Source: an uncultured Dehalococcoidia bacterium (GTDB taxonomy: Bacteria > Chloroflexota > Dehalococcoidia > Lucifugimonadales > GCA-2712585). From it: a stretch of 64,000 bases of DNA. Of this stretch, positions 36,936-45,832 are shown piece by piece (position 1 is the stretch's first letter; every line of letters begins with the position of its first letter). The notes under the pieces are model-generated. The model searched no databases. It saw nothing but the letters and a program-made list of their open reading frames with translations, and had not been told where the DNA came from. The DNA lies in assembly GCA_958295715.1 (NCBI GenBank), contig OY282371.1:584133-648132 (forward strand). The letters run 5' to 3'. Both the position numbers and the translations under genes were made by a program.

Positions 36936-39043
36936 TATGTCACCGTGCGGAAGGCTTGGTTGATCATGTGCATAGCGGACGTAATGTCTTGTTGGTTAAA
37001 GGCGTCTATGAATACCCCGCAATCACGATATCTTACATTGGGCAAAAACTTATAGTCTTCGACATTCCGCGCTATCTCTTCAGGGTCATCCGCTTCGTCA
37101 AAGTGAATTGGCAGTAGAATTCTGACATAAGAGGCCATAGGCAACAATTCCGCGAAGAACTCAGGTGGGGAGTAGTAGCAAACGGATCTACCTTCAATGA
37201 CCTCTATAACCTCCTTGTCGAATTGCTTAGTAGACTCTCTTACAGTATCTAGTAGTTGTCGGACATCGGCGCTCATCTGAAGATCATTCGAGTCTCGCTC
37301 CTTGGCTCGTTCCGTCAGTTCCCGGATATCGGTTTCTCGAACAAGTCTTTCGTCAGCCTCGTGAAATGGCCAAATTTCAAGGGCGCGATTCGCCAGAGTA
37401 GACCCCCTCTCTTTCATTTCATCCACAGTCCAGTCATGTTGAGTTCTGACGGATTCATTAAGACGCACCGCGCTCTGATTAAACCCGCCGGGAATTTCTT
37501 TCTTCTCATGGAATGGCTTGTTCGAGTAGTTGGAGTTGTAAGCCGTAAGCGTTAGGTTGCCTAACCGGTGTAGCCAGGTCTTGTGAACATCTTCCCAATC
37601 CGCTCCTAACATCTGCTGCCACTCTGTGACCTTGGCGATATCCTGCGGCATAATGTGCTCAATTGACAGTTCTTTTGTAGGACTTGGTTCCTTTTGTTCA
37701 GCGTTCTCCAAGCGTTCAAGTATGTGGGAACAGATGCGAAGTCTGTACAAATCGTTCTGCTGGATGGCTAGGCTGAACTCATCATTTGATGGAAATCTGT
37801 AGTTGTGACTCCGCCGAGCCAGGATAACTTGTAGTGACTTCAAGGGAGATTTACTCTCAATGGAATGAGACATGCTGGCAAAAACAGACCAGTAATCACG
37901 CGTTTGGAGACCTAAAACCGCGCGTCGCAGAAGATAGCTTTTGATGAGCTTCAAGGATTGAATAAAATCTTGTTCCGTAAGCGACTCCCGTTCTTCATGA
38001 CATTCGTAGAGAGTCATAATTAGTATTGCATGAGTGTTTCCAAATCCCCCCGCCCGCACGTCTGTCATCGGGGCTACAAGAGATTCATTCTGAATTGTTG
38101 AGGGCTTCAGGAATGATGTGTAGTAGCGAGCGAATCTCACCAAATTCTTCAAGAGTTCATCCGTTGGTTCTGCGCCCGCCGATTGCCGAAACTTTTTGAA
38201 CTCATCATAAATCCGGTCTGCGCGAGTCTGAGTTGTGGACTTTTGTTTGAGGGCCATATAGTCACGCAGAAATGAGTCGGGTGTACTGTCAGTATTACGA
38301 AACATACCCTCCAGCTTATACCAGTAGTCGTTGTATAGCTGAGTCTGACATTTTTCCGGCAATCCCATTAGAAGATAGTTGCGTATCAGGTCACTTTGAG
38401 TGAGTCGAACTCCTGTGGAGTTTAAGCTCTCGAAAACAAGCTGGGGATTGTCTTCAGATCTTTTGAGTGTAACGTCAACAAAGTTCAAACGCGCGATGCC
38501 TCGATAGACTTTATCGAGGTCAGCTTGAGGGGAGTTCAGCAGTTCTCTGAAGCGCTGGTAGGCGTTCATAATCATTTCTGATGGCTTTTCCACTTCGGCG
38601 CTCGGGTTTTTGTGGTAAACCAACGCTCGCAGGGTTGCGTCGTCGCGTCGTCTCAAGGCCAGTTTGCGGTTTCGATTTCCGGTCTCTTCATTGTTTCTTA
38701 GGAAGTACGTATCAATGCGACTGGCAGTGGGGCTGTCTTCAGTGTTTCCAGACCAGGACTTTTCACGGATGTGGTCGCGTAGGGCTATAAGGAGAAGGGT
38801 CAGGGTTGTTAGCCTTTGTTGGCCGTCAATCACCTGCCAACTACTGAAAGCCGCGCCGGTATCTCCTTCCACATACACGAATGAACCCATGAAGTGTCCG
38901 CTGTTGTCGCTGGCGCGCAAGATGTCGTCCCAGAGCTGACGGCATTCCTCTTCTGTCCAGCTGTAGTCTCGCTGAAAAACGGGGATCGTGAACTGTTTAG
39001 CTCCAGTGATTATCTGTGTGAATGCACGGTTTATCGCTTGCAC
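36935..39043 (-). CDS. DUF262/DUF1524 nuclease (GmrSD/BrxU/SspE-like type IV restriction enzyme family) with extra C-terminal domain
   Basis: 702 aa. GTG start 7 nt after AGGAG. DUF262 motifs IPVFQRDYSW and VIDGQQRLTTL. DUF1524/His-Me finger motifs SIEHIMPQ..HRLGNLTLTAYNSNYSNKPF. AT-rich codon usage unlike the neighbours. Confidence 0.85.
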   Translation of the reverse strand: MQAINRAFTQIITGAKQFTIPVFQRDYSWTEEECRQLWDDILRASDNSGHFMGSFVYVEGDTGAAFSSWQVIDGQQRLTTLTLLLIALRDHIREKSWSGNTEDSPTASRIDTYFLRNNEETGNRNRKLALRRRDDATLRALVYHKNPSAEVEKPSEMIMNAYQRFRELLNSPQADLDKVYRGIARLNFVDVTLKRSEDNPQLVFESLNSTGVRLTQSDLIRNYLLMGLPEKCQTQLYNDYWYKLEGMFRNTDSTPDSFLRDYMALKQKSTTQTRADRIYDEFKKFRQSAGAEPTDELLKNLVRFARYYTSFLKPSTIQNESLVAPMTDVRAGGFGNTHAILIMTLYECHEERESLTEQDFIQSLKLIKSYLLRRAVLGLQTRDYWSVFASMSHSIESKSPLKSLQVILARRSHNYRFPSNDEFSLAIQQNDLYRLRICSHILERLENAEQKEPSPTKELSIEHIMPQDIAKVTEWQQMLGADWEDVHKTWLHRLGNLTLTAYNSNYSNKPFHEKKEIPGGFNQSAVRLNESVRTQHDWTVDEMKERGSTLANRALEIWPFHEADERLVRETDIRELTERAKERDSNDLQMSADVRQLLDTVRESTKQFDKEVIEVIEGRSVCYYSPPEFFAELLPMASYVRILLPIHFDEADDPEEIARNVEDYKFLPNVRYRDCGVFIDAFNQQDITSAMHMINQAFRTVT

Positions 39044-39081
39044 TAAGCGGCTCCTGAAGATTGAGGGGTAGCTAAGCCGGA

Positions 39082-39110
39082 ATTATAGGGCATCCCGTAT
39101 TCTGCGACAA
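39082..39110 (-). promoter_or_regulatory. cassette-internal sigma-70-type promoter
   Basis: On the minus strand, TTGTCG (39110-39105), a 17-nt spacer, then TATAAT (39087-39082), 38 nt before the GTG. Confidence 0.55.
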
Positions 39111-39135
39111 TAACGGCGCAGTTGGGAGGCGATTG

Positions 39136-39199
39136 AATTGGCCTGTTCCTTTACATTCGCGCGGGGGCGGTCATGCCCATGAGGCCGAGGGTCCGGGCC
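39136..39199. repeat. 64-bp direct repeat, right copy (authentic argS 3' end)
   Basis: See the left copy at 36872-36935. This copy is contiguous with the full argS ORF. Confidence 0.95.
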
Positions 39200-40827
39200 A
39201 GGACGAGTTGGGCCGCCTCCAACAGTTTGAGGCGCGCCAGGGTCTGGCCCCGGTCGGCGGGGTCGCTGGAGAGGACGCGGCAGTTTTCGTAGAACCAGTG
39301 GAAGGCCGTGGCCAACTCCAAGGCGTAGTGGGGCAGGTGGTGGGGCTCCTGAGTGGCGGCTATCTTCTCCAGCAGTTCAGGCAGCTGCAACATCTTGCGG
39401 ATGAGGTTCAGTTCGTGGGCGTCTACGAGGAGGGACACGTCCGCCTTGGCCCAGTCGATATCCTGCTCCTTGGCCTTTGCCAGCACGCCGGCTATGCGGG
39501 CGTGGGCGTACTGGATGTAGTAGACGGGGTTTTCCGACGACTCCTTGGCGGCCAGCTTCAGGTCGAAGTCCATCTGGGTCCCGGGCGCCCTGGCCAGGAA
39601 GAAGTAGCGGCAGGCGTCGGGCCCCACCTCGTCCACCAGTTCGCGCAGGGTCACGAAGTCGCCGCTCCGCTTGGATGCCTTCACCACCTCCCGACCCCTC
39701 TTCAGGGTGACCATTTGGGCGATGATTACGTCTAGGCGTTCCGGGTCCACGCCCATGGCTCCCACGGCGGCCTTCAGGCGGGACACGTGGCCCTGGTGGT
39801 CGGCGCCCCATATGTTAATGACCTTGTCGAAGCCGCGTTTCACGAACTTGTTGTGGTGATAGGCCATGTCGGAGGCGAAGTAGGTGGGCGCGCCGCTTGA
39901 CCGCACTACCACGTTGTCGCGGTCGTCGCCCAGGGCCGCCGAGGTGAACCAGAGGGCGCCTTCCCGGTGGGCCAGATGGCCTCCTTCGCCCAGAAGGTCC
40001 AGGGTCTCCCGGTATTCGCCGCTCTCGTAGAGGAGGCTCTCTTGGAACCAGACGTGGAAGTCCACGCCCAAGCGGAGGAGGTCTTCCCGGATGAGATTCA
40101 CCATCCGCTCCCGGGCCGTGTCGCCGAGGAGTTTCAGGGCCTCTTCCCGTTCCAGGGAGGCGTACCGCTCCCCCTCTTGGTCGAGGACTTGCCGGGCAAG
40201 CTCGATAACGTAGTCCCCCTGATACCCGCCCGCCGGCAGTTGGGCATCTCTGCCCAGGGCCTCCATGTAGCGGGCGTAAACGGAGGCGTAGAACAGGTCC
40301 ATCTGGGTTCCCGCGTCGTTGAGGTAGTACTCCCGCGTCACCGAGTGGCCGGCGGCCTCCAGGATGGACGCTAGGACGCTGCCGAGGACCGCGCCGCGGG
40401 TATGTCCAACGTGGATTGGCCCCGTGGGGTTGACGCTGACGAACTCCACCATAATCTTTTGAGGGTTCTTGGCCTTGATGGCCCCGTAGCTCTCGCCGGC
40501 CTGTATGATTTCCAAGACCTGTCCTTGGAGCCATTCCTGCCGGAGGTTGAAGTTCACGAATCCGGGCGGGGCCGCCCAGACCCGTTCCACCACCTCATCA
40601 ACGGGCATGAGTTCCGTCAGGGTCCTGGCTATCTCCATGGGGGCCACGCGGGTAGAGCGGGCCAGGCGCAGGGGCAGGCTGGTGGCGAAGTCCCCGTTTT
40701 CGGGCTTGGTGGGCCGTTCCACCTCCACCGCCGGCATGGTCTCAAGGGGCATCCTCTGCTGGGCCCGGGCGTCCTCCAGGGCCTTTTCCAGTTTGGCTAT
40801 GATTAGGTCTCTTGCTAGGTTGGGCAT
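39151..40827 (-). CDS. argS: arginine--tRNA ligase
   Basis: 558 aa. Class-I HIGH motif PTGPIHVGHTRGAVLG. DALR anticodon-binding C-terminus ..YYIQYAHARIAGVL. Confidence 0.95.
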   Translation of the reverse strand: MPNLARDLIIAKLEKALEDARAQQRMPLETMPAVEVERPTKPENGDFATSLPLRLARSTRVAPMEIARTLTELMPVDEVVERVWAAPPGFVNFNLRQEWLQGQVLEIIQAGESYGAIKAKNPQKIMVEFVSVNPTGPIHVGHTRGAVLGSVLASILEAAGHSVTREYYLNDAGTQMDLFYASVYARYMEALGRDAQLPAGGYQGDYVIELARQVLDQEGERYASLEREEALKLLGDTARERMVNLIREDLLRLGVDFHVWFQESLLYESGEYRETLDLLGEGGHLAHREGALWFTSAALGDDRDNVVVRSSGAPTYFASDMAYHHNKFVKRGFDKVINIWGADHQGHVSRLKAAVGAMGVDPERLDVIIAQMVTLKRGREVVKASKRSGDFVTLRELVDEVGPDACRYFFLARAPGTQMDFDLKLAAKESSENPVYYIQYAHARIAGVLAKAKEQDIDWAKADVSLLVDAHELNLIRKMLQLPELLEKIAATQEPHHLPHYALELATAFHWFYENCRVLSSDPADRGQTLARLKLLEAAQLVLARTLGLMGMTAPARM

Positions 40828-40914
40828 TGGGGTTCGCGGCCTCGGTGGGGTAGGGGCTATGCTACCATAACTAGAGATTTTGAAGCTATGCGACAGGTCT
40901 CGCCGGCCAAGGTT

Positions 40915-43386
40915 TTAGCTCATCTCGGCGGTGGCCTTGCCATGAAAGCGGCTTAGCTGCCGGACAAGGGGTTGAAGGTCGGGGGACGATAGGTCCGGGC
41001 GCTTCTTTAGCAGACGAGCGGCCTCGTCCCTGGCCTGGGTCAGCAGGTCTCTATCGGAGAGGCGGGCCACCCGGAGGTCTGGCAAGCCGCTCTGCCGGGT
41101 GCCGAAGAGGTCGCCGGGACCTCGCAGTTCCAGGTCCACCTCGGCAAGTTGGAAGCCGTCGTGAATCCGCTCAATGGCGGTGAGGCGCTCGCGGGCGGTC
41201 TCGGAGGGGTCGTCGGCCAGGAGCAGGCAGTAGCTCTTGTGCTCTCCCCGCCCCACCCTTCCCCGGAATTGGTGGAGCTGGGCGAGGCCGAACCGGTCGG
41301 CGGACTCCACCATCATCACCGATGCGTTGGGCACGTCTATTCCCACCTCGACCACGGGGGTGGAGATGAGCACGTCTAGGTCGCCGTTGTGGAACTGCCC
41401 CATGACCCGCTCCTTTTCCCGCGCCGGCATCCTGCCGTGGAGCATACCGAGACGAAGGTCGGGGAACACGTCCTGGCTCAGGCGTTGGAGTTCCTGGGTG
41501 GCGGCCTTCACCTCTAGGGCCTCGGACTCTTCGATGAGGGGGAATATGATGAAGGCCTGCCTTCCGCTTCGCGCCTGTTTCCGCACGAATTCGTAAGCGG
41601 CGTCGCGGCGGTGGGGTTCCACCCACTTGGTGGTTATTTTCTGGCGGCCCGGCGGCATCTCGTCTATGGTGGAGATGTCAAGGTCGCCGTAGAGGGTGAG
41701 GGCCAGGGTGCGGGGGATGGGCGTGGCCGACATTACCAGCACGTGGGGGGTGACCGCGCCCTTGCCCCGGAGGGCGGCCCGCTGCATGACGCCGAACCGG
41801 TGCTGCTCGTCCACCACCGACAGGGCCAGGTTTGGAATCTCCATCTCATCCTGAATGAGGGTCTGGGTGCCGATGACGATGTCCAGGGTCCCGCCAGCGG
41901 CCTGCTGGTGGAGTTCCCGCCTCACGCTCTTCCTCAGGCTTCCCGTGATTAGCCCCACGGAGATGGGTTGGGGGTGGGGGTCTATGTATACGCTTAGCAG
42001 GTTCTTTTCCCGCGTCGGGTTGGCCAGGCCGCTCATCAGCTTGCAGACGGTGTTGAAGTGCTGCTCGGCCAACACCTCCGTTGGCGCCATTATGGACCCC
42101 TGATGGCCTTGAGCCGCCACGGCCAGGAGGGCGGCGAGGGCCACCACCGTCTTGCCGCTTCCCACCTCGCCTTGAAGGAGGCGTCGCATGGGCGGGGAGC
42201 CGCGGGTCATGTCTTGCAGGGCCTCGGCTAGGCGCTTGGTCTGGGCCCCCGTTAGCGAGAATGGAAGGCCATCCAGGAAGCTGTTGACGACCCTGTTGTC
42301 AGGCTTGATGGCCACCCCCTGGGCGTCCTCCTGCCAGTTCTTCCGGCGCAGCAGGGCCGCCATCTGGAGCAGGAAGAGTTCGTCGAAGGCCAGGCGCCGC
42401 CGGCCCTGCTCCCACGAGTCCTCATCTTTGGGGAAGTGCATCTGAAGCAGGGCCTCAGAGATGCCTAGCAGCCCCACCCGTTCCAGTACGTCACCGGGCA
42501 TGAACTCTTCCAGGGAGGGCCCCCACCGCTCCAGGGTTCGCCACATGAGGCCGCGCATGGTCCGGGGGTACAGGTCCTTGGTGAGGGGGTACACGGGGGC
42601 CAGGCGCCCGGTGTGTATGAGGGGGGTTCTCGAATTGACGACCTCATACTCCGGCGACTCCATGACCGGGGTCCTGTTGAAGAAGTCCACCTTGCCGCTC
42701 AGGGCCACCCGCGCGCCGGTCTTGAACTGCCGCGCCAGGTAGGCCTGCCCGAACCATAGGACGCGCAGGTTTCCCGTCTCGTCGCCCACAATGACCTCGG
42801 CGGCCTGGGCGTTCCCGCCCTTGCCCATGCGCTTCTCGCGGGCCTCCCACACGGCGACGATAGCCGTTCCCGTTTGGCCCCGGTTCAGGTCGGCCAGCTT
42901 GCAGAAGCGCGAATAGTCGTTGTGGCGGCGGGGGAAGTGGTATAGGAGGTCGCGGATGGTGGACACGCCCAGCCGCTCCAGCTTCTTGGCGGTCTTGGCG
43001 TCAACGCCCTGTAGCTTGGTGACGGGCTGTTCCAGTGACCCGGTCTCAGCCGCCTTTGCCCGTCTGACGGGCTTGGCCTTTGGCGGCGGGGCCGGTCTCT
43101 TTGCGGGCGGCGTCGGGGGGGATTCGCCGCTCAGCAGGGCCAGGCATCGCTCCGCCCACCGGCCCCGCTCCTCGGCGGACATCCCTGAGTAGGACTGTTT
43201 GAGGATTTTGGCGGCCTCCGCTCCACCGCCCAAAGCGTCGGAAATCTGCGCCCGCCACCGCTTGGTGAAGCCGTCTATCCCTCCAAAGACGGAGGAGTTG
43301 TCGAAGGCCTTCTTCTGCTCACGCTTCAGGATGTGGCGGAAGGCGTCGGGTGAAAAGGTCTCTTGGCGCGTGGATGTCATAGGCAC
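40915..43386 (-). CDS. recG: ATP-dependent DNA helicase RecG (with ~120-aa N-terminal extension)
   Basis: 823 aa with LKGV-like wedge region ..LQGVDAKTAKKLERLGVSTIRDLLYHFPRRH, GEVGSGKT, VVDEQHRFG and QLHQFRGRVGRG. Confidence 0.93.
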   Translation of the reverse strand: MPMTSTRQETFSPDAFRHILKREQKKAFDNSSVFGGIDGFTKRWRAQISDALGGGAEAAKILKQSYSGMSAEERGRWAERCLALLSGESPPTPPAKRPAPPPKAKPVRRAKAAETGSLEQPVTKLQGVDAKTAKKLERLGVSTIRDLLYHFPRRHNDYSRFCKLADLNRGQTGTAIVAVWEAREKRMGKGGNAQAAEVIVGDETGNLRVLWFGQAYLARQFKTGARVALSGKVDFFNRTPVMESPEYEVVNSRTPLIHTGRLAPVYPLTKDLYPRTMRGLMWRTLERWGPSLEEFMPGDVLERVGLLGISEALLQMHFPKDEDSWEQGRRRLAFDELFLLQMAALLRRKNWQEDAQGVAIKPDNRVVNSFLDGLPFSLTGAQTKRLAEALQDMTRGSPPMRRLLQGEVGSGKTVVALAALLAVAAQGHQGSIMAPTEVLAEQHFNTVCKLMSGLANPTREKNLLSVYIDPHPQPISVGLITGSLRKSVRRELHQQAAGGTLDIVIGTQTLIQDEMEIPNLALSVVDEQHRFGVMQRAALRGKGAVTPHVLVMSATPIPRTLALTLYGDLDISTIDEMPPGRQKITTKWVEPHRRDAAYEFVRKQARSGRQAFIIFPLIEESEALEVKAATQELQRLSQDVFPDLRLGMLHGRMPAREKERVMGQFHNGDLDVLISTPVVEVGIDVPNASVMMVESADRFGLAQLHQFRGRVGRGEHKSYCLLLADDPSETARERLTAIERIHDGFQLAEVDLELRGPGDLFGTRQSGLPDLRVARLSDRDLLTQARDEAARLLKKRPDLSSPDLQPLVRQLSRFHGKATAEMS

Positions 43387-43411
43387 AGTTTACCACAGCG
43401 CCCATCCGGGA

Positions 43412-44266
43412 CTAGGAGGCCGAGCGCGTGACCAGTCCCACCACCCCCGGGCCGGTATGGACGCCCACGCCGGCCCCCACCCTGGCGGTGATGACGCTGT
43501 CCGGAGGCAGTGATGCCCCAAGGCTCCTTCGCAGAGGCTCCAGGTCCTGGGGCGTGGTGTTGTAGATGACGCAGGCCTCGGAGATGGGGCCGGACTCTTC
43601 GGCGATGCGTGAAAGTCTTTGCAAGGCCTTGCGACGGGTCCGCACCCGTTCCAGGGGGCTTATCTCTCCGTTTGCGATGGTGAGGATGGGTTTGAGGGAT
43701 AGCAGGGAGCCGACAAAGGCCTGCGCCTTTCCTATGCGTCCCCCCTTTTGCAGGTATTCCAAGGTGTCCACCATGAAATATATGCGCATCCGGGCGGCGG
43801 CCTCCCGTATCTCTTGGAGGGCTTCGTCCATGCCGGCCCCCGACGCGATGGCCCTTGCCCCGGCGAGGGCCGTCATCCCGGCGCCCATCGACGCTGAGGC
43901 CGAGTCCACCACCTCCACGGCGGCGGGATTTTTCAGGGCGGCTTTCGCCTGGGTCGCGGAGTTGTAGGTGCCGCTAAGCTTCGATGAGATGTGCACGGAG
44001 ATGACCCGGTCTCCCTTTTGGATGATGTCCTGGTACACCTCAAGGAAGTCCTGGGCCGAGGGCTGGGAGGTGGTGGGGAGGGTAGGGCTTTCCACCAGCC
44101 GCTTGTAAAAGGCGTCGGTGTCTATTTCCACGCCGTCGCGCAGGGTCTCAACGCCCCCGCCCGCGCGGCTAAAGTTGACATAAGCGGGCACAATGGTAAT
44201 GTTCCACCCATCCACCAATCCGGCGGGCAGGTCTGCTGTGCTGTCGGCAACTAGGCGTATGGCCAC
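43412..44266 (-). CDS. degV: DegV family fatty-acid-binding protein
   Basis: 284 aa with IRLVADSTADLP, ..TTSQPS.., and ISSKLSGTYNSA. Confidence 0.88.
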   Translation of the reverse strand: MAIRLVADSTADLPAGLVDGWNITIVPAYVNFSRAGGGVETLRDGVEIDTDAFYKRLVESPTLPTTSQPSAQDFLEVYQDIIQKGDRVISVHISSKLSGTYNSATQAKAALKNPAAVEVVDSASASMGAGMTALAGARAIASGAGMDEALQEIREAAARMRIYFMVDTLEYLQKGGRIGKAQAFVGSLLSLKPILTIANGEISPLERVRTRRKALQRLSRIAEESGPISEACVIYNTTPQDLEPLRRSLGASLPPDSVITARVGAGVGVHTGPGVVGLVTRSAS

Positions 44267-44275
44267 GGTTCCCCC

Positions 44276-45832
44276 CTACTCTATGGATGCTATGTAGTGG
44301 TAGAAGGGCTGGCCCCCGTGGACCGCCTCTACCTCTAGGGTTGGAAGGGCGGACTTCAGCCGTTCCAACGCCTCTAACGCTTGGGACTCCTGGGCGTCGC
44401 CCCCCCAATAGATGGTCACGAGCCCGTGGTCCGGCGGCTCCGACTTCAGAAGGCCCTCGTGGGCGACGTCGGCGACGGAGGCCCCCACGCTTATCAGCCT
44501 GCCTTCCAGGAGGGCTATCACCTGGCCCCGCTTCACCGCGACACCTTCCATCACCGTGTCCCTGGAGGCCGTTGTCACCTCCAGGGTCCTGACCTCTTTG
44601 GCGGCTGACTCCATGGCCCGCGCGGCCTCATCCGGCGGCAGTTCGGGGCTGTGGGCCAGCAGGGCCGCCACCCCCTGGGGCAGGGTGGAGGTGGGAATGA
44701 AGCGCAGCTTGCGGTCGGCGATGGCGCAGGCCTGCCGCGCCGTGAGGATGACGTTGGAGTTGTTGGGAAGGATGACCACGTCCTCCGCGCCGGCCCTCTC
44801 AGCCGCCTCCAATAGCTCCTGCGCGCTGGGGTTCATGGTGCGATGGCAGGGAACCACGGCATGGCAGCCCAGGTCGTTGAACAGGTTGATGAAGCCATCG
44901 CCCCAGGCCACGGACACCACGGCCAGCCCCGCCGCGGGCCGCCGGCTGTGAAGGGCGACAAAGCCCTCGTGCCCCTGGTTGATGTCGTCCACCTTGACGC
45001 CGCCGGTCTTCCCAAGGCTCGCGCCGTAGGCCAGCACCCCGTCGGGGTCAAAGGTGTGGATGTGAACCTTGACCAGGGACGGGTCGCCCACCACTATCAT
45101 GGAGTCGCCCATGGCTGAAAGGCGGCTCCGTGCCTGGGCGAGGTCGATGCCCGACCCCTCAACGATGAACTCGGTGCAGAAGCCGTACTGCTCCGATTGG
45201 GCGGCCTCCAGGAATTCCCTGGTGACGGCGGGAAGGGGCGCCCCGGCCGTTGTGGCCGGGCCTGCTGATATCTCTATGTCAAGGAGGTCCGGGTCGCCGC
45301 CCTGGAAGGAGCATAGAAAGCCCTCCATGATGACCAGAACCCCCTGGCCCCCGGAGTCGACGACGCCGGCGTCCTTGAGGACGGGCAGGAGGGACGGGGT
45401 GTTCTCCAAGGCGACGCGGCCTCCCCTCAGACCTTCCGTCCACAGGGCTATAACGTCGGTCTCCTCGCGGGTGGATAGGCCCTTGGCCGATTCGGAGAAC
45501 TCGCGCATGACCGTTAGCATGGTGCCTTCCACGGGCTGGGACACCGCCGAGTAGCTGGCCTCGGCGCCGGAGGCCAAGGCCTCGGCGAGGGACGCCGGCC
45601 CGCCGGCATCCGTATCGTTCAGGGCTTGGGCGAAACCCGCCAGGAACTGGGAGAAGATGACGCCGCTGTTGCCCCGGGCTCCGAAGAGGGCGCCGCGGGC
45701 CGCTTCCTGAGCCACCTTGGAGAGGGAATCGGTGTCCACGGACTGGAGCCGCTCATCCACCGACTGCATGGTTAGGAGCATGTTGGTGCCCGTGTCGCCG
45801 TCGGGAACGGGGAACACGTTGAGGGCGTTCAC
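44276..45832 (-). CDS. yloV: DAK2 domain-containing protein (YloV family)
   Basis: Coordinates run from the first canonical start (GTG 45832). Motif [16 protein letters not shown]. Family-like residues INGSDLKDAISAGARCLQRCSEA continue in frame upstream to at least 45910. Confidence 0.88.
   Translation of the reverse strand: [518 protein letters not shown]

Larger units (their letters stand above)
36872..39199. mobile_element. putative integrated 2.26-kb cassette (single defence gene, no recombinase) bounded by 64-bp direct repeats
   Basis: Direct repeats at both ends. The interior is 42-47% GC in sampled lines versus ~62% in the flanks. It has its own promoter and RBS. Confidence 0.6.

Noticed and set aside
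36935-39043. Considered whether the AT-rich gene could be part of a BREX, Ssp or Dnd system, or a type I/III R-M operon.
   Set aside because: No brx, ssp, dnd, hsd or res/mod partner genes occur within the cassette or its flanks. Only the resident methyltransferase-nuclease fusion is adjacent. It is therefore called a stand-alone GmrSD-like enzyme.
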